A stretch of DNA of 64,000 nucleotides from an uncultured Pelagibacteraceae bacterium (GCA_902604065.1 CACKXF010000001.1:2552-66551); one strand, 5' to 3'; shown: positions 30,013 to 41,075, counted from the stretch's first letter. A program made the numbers and translations. The notes: generated by a model not told the origin, from the sequence alone.

Positions 30013-30116
30013 TCATTATTAGAAAAAATTCGATTAATAACTTTTTTATTTTTCTTAATTGCTTTTTTTATTCTTTCGTTTGAAATTATATCTATTCCTA
30101 TACCGTAAATATTCAT
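29979..30116 (-). pseudogene. acpS: Holo-ACP synthase, N-terminal ~36-aa fragment fused out of frame to 'pyrG
   Basis: Manual translation [36 protein letters not shown]|IQEKIKFLS*. Has GIGxDI and RIF..E motifs and sits in the usual position after pdxJ. Confidence 0.85.
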
Positions 30117-30117
30117 A

Positions 30118-30843
30118 TTATTTAATTAGAGTTTTGAATTTTTTTATCGTTTTTTTTAAACCAAGAAAAATAGATTCTCCTACTAAAAAGTGACCAATAT
30201 TAAATTCTTGAATATATTTAATTTTTGAGAGAATTTTACTTGATAAAAAATTTAGACCATGTCCTGCATGAACTTCGAGTCCTATTTCATTGGCATATTT
30301 AGAGCATTTATTTATTTTTTGAAACTCAGCTTTATAATTTTTTTTTGAGTTTATTAAGTTGCAAATCTTACCAGTATGTATTTCTATACAATCTGACTCG
30401 AAGAAGAACTTTGCTAATTTTATATCTTTTATTTTAGGTTCTATAAAAAGACTAACACGAGAACCATTATTTTTTAATTTTTTAATTAATTTTTTTAAGA
30501 AGGTTTTGTTGTAGTTTAAATTTAACCCACCTTCTGTTGTGACTTCTTTTCTTTTTTCAGGTACAATACAAATATAAGTTGGTTTATATTTCAAAGCTAT
30601 TTTTAACATTTCATTTGTTGCTGCTATTTCTAGATTTAAAGGAATCTTTAATTTAGATTTTATAATCTTTAGATCTGCGTCATTAATATGTCTTCTGTCC
30701 TCTCTAAGATGTATAGTTACAGAATGTGCGCCGTAATTTTGTGCAAATAAGGCTGCTCTAACAGGACTGGGATAGTTTTCTCCTCTTGCATTTCTTACTG
30801 TAGCAACATGGTCAATGTTAACACCTAATCTTATTTTTGTCAT
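30118..30843 (-). CDS. pdxJ: Pyridoxine 5'-phosphate synthase
   Basis: LGVNIDHVATVRNAR, HLREDRRHI and HAGHGL. Confidence 0.97.
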   Translation of the reverse strand: MTKIRLGVNIDHVATVRNARGENYPSPVRAALFAQNYGAHSVTIHLREDRRHINDADLKIIKSKLKIPLNLEIAATNEMLKIALKYKPTYICIVPEKRKEVTTEGGLNLNYNKTFLKKLIKKLKNNGSRVSLFIEPKIKDIKLAKFFFESDCIEIHTGKICNLINSKKNYKAEFQKINKCSKYANEIGLEVHAGHGLNFLSSKILSKIKYIQEFNIGHFLVGESIFLGLKKTIKKFKTLIK

Positions 30844-31424
30844 TACAGATTTCTACTACCCGGTTTTATAGCTTTTATTTCCAATAACTCTTTGGGTAAA
30901 TTATCTTTTGAGTACGTTGGAATATTTAATTTAATTTGAGACACAATATTTTCTTTTATTATTGAATTAGTATTTGTTCTATCAATAATACATGCAAATC
31001 CAACTAACTGACCACCTAGTTTAGTTATAATTTCAGAGCATTCCATACTCGATTTTCCTGTAGTAATTACATCCTCAACTATCAATACTTTTGAATTTTT
31101 TGGTATGTTAAAATTTCTTCTTAAAACAAATTTTCCATCAATTCTCTCCGTGAAGATTGTTTCTTTTTCTAAAAGTTTAGCAATTTCGTAACCTATTATT
31201 ATTCCTCCCATAGCCGGAGACAAAATAATATCAATTTCTTTAAATTTATTAATAATCTTTTCTGATAAAGATTTACAAATTGCATTTGATTGAGTTGGTT
31301 TGCTCAGAAGTTGTGCACATTGTACATATTGTGAGCTATGAAGACCTGATGAAAGAATAAAGTGCCCCTCTATTAAGGCATTAGTTTCTTTTAAAATTTT
31401 CAATGATTCTTCGTATGAAAGCAT
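30843..31424 (-). CDS. pyrE: Orotate phosphoribosyltransferase
   Basis: GHFILSSGLHS and VEDVITTG. Likely start MLSYEE at 31424 (ORF extends to 31448). Confidence 0.94.
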   Translation of the reverse strand: MLSYEESLKILKETNALIEGHFILSSGLHSSQYVQCAQLLSKPTQSNAICKSLSEKIINKFKEIDIILSPAMGGIIIGYEIAKLLEKETIFTERIDGKFVLRRNFNIPKNSKVLIVEDVITTGKSSMECSEIITKLGGQLVGFACIIDRTNTNSIIKENIVSQIKLNIPTYSKDNLPKELLEIKAIKPGSRNL

Positions 31425-33126
31425 TTTTTTTTGTTTTATGTCTAACAATTTTTAATCTATAATTTTTTTGTTTTATTTGACTTATCAAGTTTGTAAAGTT
31501 TTTCAAATTTTTAATTTGAATATCGAAAGAAAACTGTAAATATTCTTTATCTTTTTTAAGCAGCTCAACATTTAATATATTGCTTTCATTAAATCCAATC
31601 AATGTGCTTATTTCACCTAATACACCTGGTTTATGAGGTAAATCTATTACTAAAGTACATGTATAACTTTTTGGACTATCCTTATCAATTTTACTCCTAT
31701 CTTGCCAGTATCTTCTAATTGCTGCTCTTGCTTTACCGGTTTTTGAGGAAGACAACCAATGCAAAGATGGTGAGACTTTAGTTGATGTTAAAATTTTGAC
31801 CATATCTCCATTTCTTAACTCTGTTTGAACGGGCATTTCTTTTCCATTAACTTCACAGCCTATAGCGGTATCTCCTATTTTTGTGTGGACAGCATAAGCA
31901 AAATCTATCGGGGTACCGTTCTTAGGTAATTTAATTACAGATCCTTTTGGAGTAAAACAAAATACATTTTCTTGGAACATTTGAAGTTTTGTAAATTCAA
32001 AATAATGCTCAGGACTATTTCCTGTTTCTATAATTTCAACTAAATCTCTAAGCCAATCATATTCTTTCCAAGATAACTCAGAAAATTTTTCTGAAGATTT
32101 ATATTTCCAATGAGATGCTATTCCTCGTTCTGCAAATTCATGCATATCATGTGTTCTAATTTGAATTTCAATTCTTTGTTTATTAGGACCAATGACTGCT
32201 GTATGTATAGATTTATATTTATTAATTTTTGGGGTTGAAATATAGTCTTTAAATTTACCAGGTATTGCTGAGTATTTTGAATGGAAAATTCCTAAAGTTT
32301 TATAACAATCCTCAACTGAGTTAAGTAAAATTCTAAAACCTACAATGTCAGTTAACTGTACTAAGGAAATTTTTTTGTTTTGCATTTTTCTCCATATAGA
32401 GAAAGGAGTCTTTTCTCTACCAGCAATTTTGGCCGATACTCCATTTTGATTAAGGATATTTATTAATTCTACTGAAATTGTTTTAAAATTATCATCTCTG
32501 TTATTTTTTATAAATTTTAATCTTTCCTGAATAAGATCTCTGGCTTCTTTATTTAGGATTTCAAATGATAAATCTTCTAATTCATCTCTTATTCTATTCA
32601 TTCCCATTCTATCGGATAAAGGAGCATAAATTTCCATTGTCTCTTTTGCTATCCTTTTTTGTTTTTCCTTGGAGTCGAATGCTTTAATTGTTCTCATATT
32701 ATGTAATCTGTCTGCTATTTTTACTAGTAAAACTCTTATGTCTTTTGAAGTTGCTAAAATAAGCTTTCTAAAATTTTCTGCTCTAGAACTTTCAAGAGCT
32801 TTATCTTCCAATGCAGAAATTTTGGTAACACCATCAACTAAATCTGCTACTTCTTTTCCAAACTCTTTTAAAACAATATCATATGTAGCCTTTGTGTCTT
32901 CTATAGTGTCATGAAGAAGTCCTGTTACAATAGTAGCGCTATCAAGTCTTAAATCGGATAAAATATTTGCTACTGCCAACGGATGGATTACGTATGGATC
33001 ACCTGATTTTCTTTTTTGGTTCTTATGGGCGTCTAAAGCAAACTTATAGGCTTTATTTAAAGTCTCAGGATTCAAAAATCTATTATAAGATTTAATTTTA
33101 TTTATTAACTCATTGTTATTGATCAT
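31381..33126 (-). CDS. spoT: Bifunctional (p)ppGpp synthetase/hydrolase, compact 581-aa form
   Basis: HD motif LLHDTIED, YKSIHT, EIQIRT, TGS (DFAYAVHT) and a C-terminal ACT domain. Confidence 0.95.
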   Translation of the reverse strand: MINNNELINKIKSYNRFLNPETLNKAYKFALDAHKNQKRKSGDPYVIHPLAVANILSDLRLDSATIVTGLLHDTIEDTKATYDIVLKEFGKEVADLVDGVTKISALEDKALESSRAENFRKLILATSKDIRVLLVKIADRLHNMRTIKAFDSKEKQKRIAKETMEIYAPLSDRMGMNRIRDELEDLSFEILNKEARDLIQERLKFIKNNRDDNFKTISVELINILNQNGVSAKIAGREKTPFSIWRKMQNKKISLVQLTDIVGFRILLNSVEDCYKTLGIFHSKYSAIPGKFKDYISTPKINKYKSIHTAVIGPNKQRIEIQIRTHDMHEFAERGIASHWKYKSSEKFSELSWKEYDWLRDLVEIIETGNSPEHYFEFTKLQMFQENVFCFTPKGSVIKLPKNGTPIDFAYAVHTKIGDTAIGCEVNGKEMPVQTELRNGDMVKILTSTKVSPSLHWLSSSKTGKARAAIRRYWQDRSKIDKDSPKSYTCTLVIDLPHKPGVLGEISTLIGFNESNILNVELLKKDKEYLQFSFDIQIKNLKNFTNLISQIKQKNYRLKIVRHKTKKNAFIRRIIENFKRN

Positions 33127-33128
33127 GC

Positions 33129-33638
33129 CTATAATATATCACTTTTACCTAATCTTGTAATCTCCTTATGAGTATTTTTGTCTAAATCTAGAAAAAAACT
33201 ATTGATTTTTTTATTAAATATTGGATGAAGCCAACCTGGTTCAATTTCTCTCAATGGATAAATAACAAAGTTTCTTAAATGTAATTTGGGATGTGGAATT
33301 TTCAAATCATTTTCATTGATTATTTTCCCTTTATAATCAATAATATCTATATCACATACTCTTGGCTCATTTGCTTTTGACCGATTTCTACCCATTTTTT
33401 TTTCAATCTTCTGAATTTCTTTTAGTAAAATATTTGGTCTAAGATTGGTTTCTATTTTCAAACATAAGTTTATGAATTTGGGTTTTGTTTTATCAGGATA
33501 AGAAGGAGTTTCATAAAAATCAGAGATATCAATTAATTTAATTTTTAATTCCTTCAAAAATTTTACAGATTTTTTTATATTAGCCCTTCTACCTCCATAA
33601 TATGATGGTAAATTTGAACCTATATTCAGATATATCAT
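33129..33638 (-). CDS. folK: HPPK
   Basis: [15 protein letters not shown] and IPHP. Confidence 0.93.
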   Translation of the reverse strand: MIYLNIGSNLPSYYGGRRANIKKSVKFLKELKIKLIDISDFYETPSYPDKTKPKFINLCLKIETNLRPNILLKEIQKIEKKMGRNRSKANEPRVCDIDIIDYKGKIINENDLKIPHPKLHLRNFVIYPLREIEPGWLHPIFNKKINSFFLDLDKNTHKEITRLGKSDIL

Positions 33639-34105
33639 TTGTTTCTTTTACTAAAAATTCTTGCCTTTTCTCTTTGCCAGTCTCTTTTTTTCTTTACTAA
33701 CCTTTTGTCATATAATTTTTTTCCTTTTCCAACTGCTATTTGTACTTTAGCTTTACCTTTATTAAAATACATTTTGGTGGGAATAATAGTCATACCTTCC
33801 TGATTAATTCTTCCCATTAAAGTATTAATCTGTTTTTTTGATAATAATAGTTTTCTTTCCCTTCTTGGATCATGATTATTATAAGAGGATTGCTTATAAA
33901 GAGGTATGTGAGAATTGATTAAAAATATTTCTCCTTTAATATCTATTGCATATGAATCTGCAATATTACCTTTGCCTGATCTTAAAGATTTTATTTCTGA
34001 GCCTTTTAAAACTATTCCAGCCTCTAGAAGTTCAGTAAAATAATAATTGAAACTAGCTTTACGGTTTAGACAAATAATTTTTTGAGAATTATTTGTTGAT
34101 TTCAT
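33635..34105 (-). CDS. smpB: SsrA-binding protein
   Basis: [20 protein letters not shown] and GKKLYDKR. Confidence 0.96.
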   Translation of the reverse strand: MKSTNNSQKIICLNRKASFNYYFTELLEAGIVLKGSEIKSLRSGKGNIADSYAIDIKGEIFLINSHIPLYKQSSYNNHDPRRERKLLLSKKQINTLMGRINQEGMTIIPTKMYFNKGKAKVQIAVGKGKKLYDKRLVKKKRDWQREKARIFSKRNK

Positions 34106-34977
34106 TAAAGTAACTTTGCAAACTTAAGAGCATTTTCTACTTCTTTTTTTGTAGACTCTTTTATCTGTACTAAAGGTAATCTTAGTTCTGAAGGAGCTAA
34201 TTTTAAAAGAGATGCAGCATATTTAACTGGAGATGGATTACTCTCTATAAACAAAGCTTTATGCAATGGAGATAACATTTTATTTATACTTAAAGCTTTA
34301 TCATTCTCATTATCCAAAGAGGCTTTTTGTAATTCTGCACATAATTTAGCGGCAACATTTGCTGTAACACTTATACATCCTACACCACCTCTTTTATTAA
34401 ATTCTATAGCGTTATCATCTTCTCCAGTTAATTGTAAAAAGTCTTTACCCATTTTTTTTAATTGCTCTGTAACTCTATCTAAATCACCGGTAGCATCTTT
34501 TACACCTTTAATATTTTTAAGTTCATTAAGTCTAGCCATTGTATCTACGGACATATCAATTACAGACCTAGAAGGAATGTTATAAATAATAATTGGAATA
34601 CCAACTTTATCATTTATAGATTTATAATGCTGAAACAAACCTTCTTGAGTAGGTTTGTTGTAATAAGGTGTAACTATTAAGAGTCCGTCAGCTCCAGCGG
34701 ACTCAGCATGCTTTGATAGATCGATCGCCTCTGAAGTTGAATTTGAGCCTGTTCCAGCGATAACAGGTATTTTACCTTTGCACTCCTTAACAGCTATCTC
34801 AATAACTTTTTTATGCTCATTATGAGATAAAGTAGGTGACTCTCCTGTGGTACCCGCTGGTACTACACCATTAGTGCCATTTTTGATATGATAGTGTATA
34901 ATTTCAGTATAATTAGACTCATCTAGCTTATCATTTTTAAATGGTGTTATTAATGCTACAATTGAACCTTTAAACAT
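34105..34977 (-). CDS. dapA: 4-hydroxy-tetrahydrodipicolinate synthase
   Basis: [21 protein letters not shown] and GVKDA. Confidence 0.96.
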   Translation of the reverse strand: MFKGSIVALITPFKNDKLDESNYTEIIHYHIKNGTNGVVPAGTTGESPTLSHNEHKKVIEIAVKECKGKIPVIAGTGSNSTSEAIDLSKHAESAGADGLLIVTPYYNKPTQEGLFQHYKSINDKVGIPIIIYNIPSRSVIDMSVDTMARLNELKNIKGVKDATGDLDRVTEQLKKMGKDFLQLTGEDDNAIEFNKRGGVGCISVTANVAAKLCAELQKASLDNENDKALSINKMLSPLHKALFIESNPSPVKYAASLLKLAPSELRLPLVQIKESTKKEVENALKFAKLL

Positions 34978-35010
34978 AAATCAATATAAGATTATTTATA
35001 ATCTAAATTT

Positions 35011-37260
35011 ATGCTTATTCGAATAATTAGTCTAGCTATTTTATTAGCTGTTTTAAATATAAATGATGTCAGCTTAGCTGATAATAATTTCATATTACCA
35101 AAAGACAAACCTTCAGTTTTTAAAAAAATAGAAAAAAAATCAACTAGCAGTGATTTATTGCCTCAAACTAAACCAATAATTCAAAATAAAGAGGTTTCAA
35201 AAAAAATTGAAGAAAGTAATAAAATTGAGACTAAAATAAAGAAAGAAAAAGAACAAGAAATAGCTAAACCTAAAAAAACCAGGATTACGAATTTTATCGT
35301 TCCTAAAAAGAAGCCTAAAACTGTAAAAAAAATTACATCTTCAGCAAAAAAATCAAAATATTTAAGTCAAAAAGACTTTGAAAGAGCAAAAATTGCATTT
35401 GGTCAAATTAAGTCAGGTAAAATGATAACGGGTTATAAAACATCGCAAAATATTAAAGATAAAGATTTCAAAAAATTTGTTCAATGGCTTTATCTAATGA
35501 AATCATCAAATAACGCATCCTTTGCTACTTATGAAACTTTTATTAGACAAAACATGGATTATCCAAGAATTGGAAGATTAAATTATTTAGCAGAACAAAA
35601 AATTTATTTAAAAAATTCTTCTCCTAAAAATATTTTAAACTGGTTTGCAGACTATCCGCCAGTAAGTGGAACAGGAAAATTAAAAATGGGAGAAGCATTG
35701 TTTGATATTAAAGAGGTTCAAAAATCTACCAATTTAATTAAAAGTGGTTGGATTACTGCTGATTTAAATAAAAGCCAATTGAGGTTTTATAGAAAAAAAT
35801 TTAAATCGATATTAGATGGTGAAGATCACATAAAAAGAGCAGATTATTTAGCTTGGAATAAAAAATATTGGGATTTAAAAAGAATGTTAGTCTACTTACC
35901 TAGTGATTTTAAGGCTTTATACAACGCTAGACAAATATTGATGAGTAATTCCTACGGAGTAGATAATGCAATTTCAAAAGTGCCTGATAGATTTAGAAAA
36001 GATATTGGTCTTGAGTATGATAGATTAAAATGGAGAAACAGAAGAGGAAGGTTAGAGTCATCCTTACAAATTTTATATGATAACTCAAATAAATCGGAAG
36101 AAGAATTAGTTAGAGCTGATCTATGGTGGAAACAGAGAGAAAGTATTGTCAGAGGTCTAATATATAAAAAAAGATATAAAACGGCATATAAGGTGGCAAG
36201 TGAACATTCACTTTCTTCCGGACCAGAATTTGCAGAAGCTGAGTGGTTATCAGGTTGGATAGCCCATTCATTTTTAAAATCACAAGAATATGCAATCAAT
36301 CATTTTTTAAATTTTTATGACAATGTTAGTTACCCTATTAGTTTAGCAAGAGGAGCTTATTGGCTCGGCTAATCTTATAAAGCTACTGGAAATAATAAAA
36401 AATCTGAAGAGTACTTTAAACAAGGTTCCAAATTTTTAACAACCTATTATGGACAACTTAGTTTTAAAGAACTCAATTATGGTGGTGAATTTACATTAAA
36501 TGAAGAATCAAATTACACCAAAGATTATGAAAAAGAATTTTTAAAAAATAAACTTGTTAGAACAGTAAGAATTTTAAAAGAACTTGACCATACAAAATAT
36601 TCAAAAGATGTACTCAAACATCTTGCTTCCCTAAATATTGATGAAGGCAGTGAGGTATTAGCTGCAAAATTAGCAACCGAAGTAGAAAGGTATGATTTTG
36701 CTATTCAAATTTCAAAAAAAGCATCTTATGAAAAAAGATTTTATTTAAAATATAATTATCCTATTATTTCAACACCAAGAGAAATTAACAATAAATCTAT
36801 GCCACCAAGTGAGATGATACATGCAATTATAAGACAAGAGAGTGAATTTGATAGCAAAGCAAATAGTTATGCCGGAGCAAGAGGTATGATGCAATTAATG
36901 AAATATACAGCTAAAGTTGTGGCTAAACAGGCTAAACTTCCTTATAGTATTAGTGGTTTAACTAATGATCCTATTTATAATATAAAGTTAGGATCTTATT
37001 ACTTTAATTCTTTATTAAGTGATTATAATGGTGTTTATCCTTTTGCTATAGCTGCTTATAATGCTGGACCAAATAGAGTGAAAACTTGGAGAAGAATTAA
37101 TGGTGACCCGACTAAAAACCAATTAAGTTATATAGATTGGATAGAGCTAATTAGATTCAAAGAAACGAGAAATTACGTTCAAAGAGTGTTAGAAAATATG
37201 AATGTATATAAATATATGATTAGCAAAGAACCAGTAATAATAGAGGACTTTTTTAAATAA
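35011..37260 (+). pseudogene. slt: Soluble lytic transglycosylase (Slt70-like) interrupted by one in-frame TAA at 36370-36372
   Basis: The frame stays open after the TAA (SYKATG...TTYYGQL...) into the SLT domain (IIRQESEF, GMMQLM, AYNAG, ETRNYV). 749 codons in total. Confidence 0.88.
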
Positions 37261-37261
37261 T

Positions 37262-37353
37262 TGGCGGAAGAGGAGAGATTCGAACTCTCGGTACGATGTT
37301 ACTCGTACGGTTAGTTAGCAACCAACTGGTTTCAACCGCTCACCCACTCTTCC
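37262..37353 (-). tRNA. tRNA-Ser(GCT)
   Basis: Acceptor stem GGAAGAG/CTCTTCC, anticodon arm GTTGG-TTGCTAA-CTAAC, long variable arm, GTTCGAATC T-loop and encoded CCA. Confidence 0.96.
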
Positions 37354-37423
37354 ATATTTGCCAGTGTTATTTAGTACTAATTATTAAATTATTACCATAT
37401 AAATCAATCAAAAAAATGGTCAA

Positions 37424-38296
37424 ATGAAGAAAAAATTATTCGAAGGATCTTTATATACAATCGGAGCCTCTTTATGGTGGGGTATAATTGGAGTTATCTA
37501 TTTTAAATTTGTATCTTTTGCATCTCCAATTGAACTAACAATTCACCGCACATTGTGGACCGCCCTGCTTTTGGTCGTTACAACTACTTACTTTAAAAAA
37601 TGGCCAGAATTTATTAATATTTGGAAATCTTATAAAACGATATTTCTACTATTTTTAACTGGTCTTTTGGTGTCAATTAACTGGTTTACTTGGCTTTACT
37701 CAATTTCAGTCAATAACATGCTAGATGCTTCGCTTGGTTATTATATTTTTCCAATATTTAGTGTTTTTTTAGGTAAAATTTTTTTAAAAGAAAAAGTTAA
37801 TAGAAATAAAATAATAGCCATTATTCTCGTATTTGTATCAATTATTTATTTGCTTATTGGGTTTAAAAATATTCCTTGGATTGGATTAACTGTAGCAATT
37901 ACTTTTAGTTTATATACTTTGATTAGAAAAAAAATAAATATCTCATCTGATTTAGGACTATTTATAGAAACTTTGCTAATATCTCCTATAGCGCTTATTT
38001 TATTTTGTTCATTAGTATTTAATGGTACCAATATTTTTGGCTTTAACAATCTAGAACTATCTATTTATTTATTTTTTGCAGGCTTCATGACACTAGTTCC
38101 TCTTTTTATGTATATAAAAGGTTTTGAATTAATAGGTATTGGTCCTGCTAGTATGATATTTTTTTTAACGCCAACAGCTCAGTTTTTTTTGAGTATTTTT
38201 TATTTGGATCAAACTTTAAATACTGAAAAACTGATTAGTTTTATATTTATATGGATTGCTGTTTTGATTTATTTAAATGAATTACGAAAAGAGTAA
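37424..38296 (+). CDS. rarD: RarD/EamA family transporter
   Basis: HRTLW, NW, ASLGYYIFP and ETL motifs. About 10 TM segments. Confidence 0.9.
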   Translation: MKKKLFEGSLYTIGASLWWGIIGVIYFKFVSFASPIELTIHRTLWTALLLVVTTTYFKKWPEFINIWKSYKTIFLLFLTGLLVSINWFTWLYSISVNNMLDASLGYYIFPIFSVFLGKIFLKEKVNRNKIIAIILVFVSIIYLLIGFKNIPWIGLTVAITFSLYTLIRKKINISSDLGLFIETLLISPIALILFCSLVFNGTNIFGFNNLELSIYLFFAGFMTLVPLFMYIKGFELIGIGPASMIFFLTPTAQFFLSIFYLDQTLNTEKLISFIFIWIAVLIYLNELRKE

Positions 38297-39720
38297 ATTA
38301 ATATCATTACGAAAGGCACAACTAAAGAAATTACAAAAGAAACAAAAAGTAAGTTTGTTTTAATAAAATTTGAAAAATTATCCTCAGATATTAAGTTTCC
38401 AACCAAGATACTAGTTTGAAAATTTTGACTAGGAAAAAATAATAAACCAAAAAAAAGTCCACAAATTATAGAGAAAGTCGCTAATGTGGAATTGATTTTT
38501 TTATTAAAGAAACCATAAAATATTGTTATAACCGCTGCACAACAAAGCAAGTCAGCTAATAAAAATAAATAAAGAATGCTATAGCCTTTAGACGCTAGAA
38601 TAAAAACAAATATACTTAATAATAAAATTATTAAATTAGTTTTATCTTTAATATCTTTTCCACTTAGTTTTTTGTTAATTTGATCACCATTTACAATTAT
38701 TAAACTTGAGATCGCATTTATTAATGTATCTATAGTACTTAAGGTTAAAGACATCGCTAATACTAAAATTGCGATTACTATTAATGAACTTTTATCTTTG
38801 AGTATTAAATCGAAAAAAGCTAGATCAGGAATTACTTTTGAATTTAAAGAATAAGATATAAGACCTGAATAGCCCATCCAAAATACTATTAAAAAAATAA
38901 TTGCAGATGAATAGATTAAACTGGTTTTTAATATAGAATTATTTTTAGCTGAGAAAACTCTTTGCCAGTTTCCTTGATGGAATAAATTTGTTGCAGCAAC
39001 TGCTATAAAAAAAGTTAATCCTGCTGTATAGTTTGGTAAATAATTTTTATCAATTAAGTTAGGTGAGTTTTTTTTAATTATTTCATGACTTGGTAAATCT
39101 AAATTTTTCAATATCAATAAAAAAGACATTAAAATTATTACTACGATAAAACTAAATTGATATTTATCGGTAATAATTGAAAGTTTAAAACCCCCTCTCA
39201 ATATATAGAGTAAGCAAATTATCAAAGTTCCGCCTGCTGTTAACCATAGAGGTACTTGAGATATAAAATTTAACAAAGAAGCTATTGCTGTGACTTCAGC
39301 TATTAAAAATATTGTTAAGTAAAATAATATTAAAATTAGACTTATCTTTAAAATCCCGATGCCAAATCTTTTTTTTATAAATTCGGTTAATGTCAGACCC
39401 TTTGGAAACTCTTTTCTTATTTTAGGTCCAAAATTATATAAAAAGAACATTGGAGCTGCCGTGCCTAAAGAATATCCAATAACAGCACCTATTCCTCCCC
39501 AAGTTGCTGCAGAAGCTGGGCCAAAAAGGATCCAAGCACCAAGTGCTGATGCTGTTAAACTTGCTGTTAATGAAAATGTATCTTCATCCCTATCTCCAAC
39601 AATGTAGTTTTTGTTATTAGATATTTTTTTTGAGTTTAAATAACCTAATCCAATAAAAAATAAGCCTATTAAAATAGTAACTGATAATGTTGTTTGTGAA
39701 GATAAGTATGTTTTTTCCAT
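38269..39720 (-). CDS. thiV: Sodium:solute symporter, ThiV-like (complete)
   Basis: 483-aa SSS-type membrane protein (ASALGAWILFGPA, HQGNWQRV, STIDT) downstream of the TPP-like aptamer. Confidence 0.78.
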   Translation of the reverse strand: MEKTYLSSQTTLSVTILIGLFFIGLGYLNSKKISNNKNYIVGDRDEDTFSLTASLTASALGAWILFGPASAATWGGIGAVIGYSLGTAAPMFFLYNFGPKIRKEFPKGLTLTEFIKKRFGIGILKISLILILFYLTIFLIAEVTAIASLLNFISQVPLWLTAGGTLIICLLYILRGGFKLSIITDKYQFSFIVVIILMSFLLILKNLDLPSHEIIKKNSPNLIDKNYLPNYTAGLTFFIAVAATNLFHQGNWQRVFSAKNNSILKTSLIYSSAIIFLIVFWMGYSGLISYSLNSKVIPDLAFFDLILKDKSSLIVIAILVLAMSLTLSTIDTLINAISSLIIVNGDQINKKLSGKDIKDKTNLIILLLSIFVFILASKGYSILYLFLLADLLCCAAVITIFYGFFNKKINSTLATFSIICGLFFGLLFFPSQNFQTSILVGNLISEDNFSNFIKTNLLFVSFVISLVVPFVMILIYSFRNSFK

Positions 39721-39721
39721 A

Positions 39722-39784
39722 TTTCCCTTACTGAATTACCGGTCAGGTTCTTCGGGTATAATCTCAGTCTTTTAGACACCCCGT
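39722..39784 (-). ncRNA. TPP riboswitch-like aptamer (variant), copy 2
   Basis: Identical to 1029..1091. Confidence 0.9.
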
Positions 39785-39790
39785 TTTTTC

Positions 39791-39820
39791 TTTATACTCT
39801 TATTTTAGGTAATAAGTCAA
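39791..39820 (-). promoter_or_regulatory. Putative promoter inside the umuC 3' end, copy 2
   Basis: Identical to 1098..1127. Confidence 0.6.
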
Positions 39821-41075
39821 ATGAAGCTGTATCTATCTTTGAAGAGTGTTCCCTTCTCATTTTCCAACCTTTGCTTAAGCCAGCTTGAGCTATGCTTATC
39901 GCGTATCTTCCATACTTTGTATTTGTATAATCTATAGCTTTCATTAATTTTTTAGATTTGTTCTCTAAAAGTGGAGTTAAAAGATTTTGATCGTTTTGAT
40001 TAGCATCCTTCAAGCCTGACAAGATTATACCTGCCTTTTGGTATGAATATCCATATTTATATATATCAGTTAAGGCTTTAATAGCATTTTTTATTAATTC
40101 TATACTATTACTAGATGGAATTGCTAAGTCTATTGTTTTTGAATTAGAATAATATTTTTTATTCTTATCAAATGGACTGGTCCTAATAAATACGGTTATT
40201 GTTTTTGCAATTTGATCATCTGCTCTAATTTTTTCCGCTGCATTCAAACAATGTGTAATAACTGATTCTTCCAACTCATTTATATCTTTTACTTTTCTAC
40301 CAAAAGATCTTGAAACACAACAATTCTTTCTTTTTTCCTGATCTATCTGTAAATCAATACACGGTATCCCTCTTAATTCCATTGCTGTTTTTGCACCTAA
40401 AACATTTGTTCCTTTTTTTACCCATGTATTTGAAACATTTTTTAAATCATAAGCATTACTGATATTATTTTTATGATAAAATTTAGATAATTGTTTTCCT
40501 ACACCCCAGACATCTTCGATAGGAAATTTTTTTAATTTTTCATCAATATTTTCATTTAGATATATTACTCCTGCTTTTTCTTTTTTTGCTATATGATTTG
40601 CAACTTTGCTTAAAGTTTTTGTACAAGCTATACCTACGCTTGTCGGTATGCCTGTCCATTTAAGCACTCTTGATCTTATCTCACTCCCGTAATCTTCCAC
40701 ACCTTTTTCATCCATAAAAGATAAGTCAATAAAAGCTTCATCAATTGAATAAATTTCGACTTTTGGTGAAAAAGTTTTTAAAACTTTCATTACTCTTCTC
40801 GATATATCTCCGTACAACGCATAATTGGATGAATATACTTCTACTTTATTTCTTTTAACTAATTCCTTAACTTTGAAGTAAGGTTCTCCCATTTTAATAC
40901 CAATTTCTTTTGCTTCTTTTGACCTAGATATTACACAACCGTCGTTATTAGATAAAACAACTACGGCTTTTTTTTGTATTTTTGGATTAAAAAGTCTTTC
41001 GCATGAAACATAAAAAGAATTACAGTCTACTAAAGCTATTCTACTTTTTTTAGTTATGTACTTTATGGATGACAT
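39792..41075 (-). CDS. umuC: UmuC, copy 2
   Basis: Identical translation to copy 1. Confidence 0.93.
   Translation of the reverse strand: MSSIKYITKKSRIALVDCNSFYVSCERLFNPKIQKKAVVVLSNNDGCVISRSKEAKEIGIKMGEPYFKVKELVKRNKVEVYSSNYALYGDISRRVMKVLKTFSPKVEIYSIDEAFIDLSFMDEKGVEDYGSEIRSRVLKWTGIPTSVGIACTKTLSKVANHIAKKEKAGVIYLNENIDEKLKKFPIEDVWGVGKQLSKFYHKNNISNAYDLKNVSNTWVKKGTNVLGAKTAMELRGIPCIDLQIDQEKRKNCCVSRSFGRKVKDINELEESVITHCLNAAEKIRADDQIAKTITVFIRTSPFDKNKKYYSNSKTIDLAIPSSNSIELIKNAIKALTDIYKYGYSYQKAGIILSGLKDANQNDQNLLTPLLENKSKKLMKAIDYTNTKYGRYAISIAQAGLSKGWKMRREHSSKIDTASFDLLPKIRV

Noticed and set aside
37262-37353. tRNA-Ser as a possible integration site explaining the duplication
   Set aside because: There is no integrase, I saw no second copy of the tRNA 3' end, and neither junction is near the tRNA.
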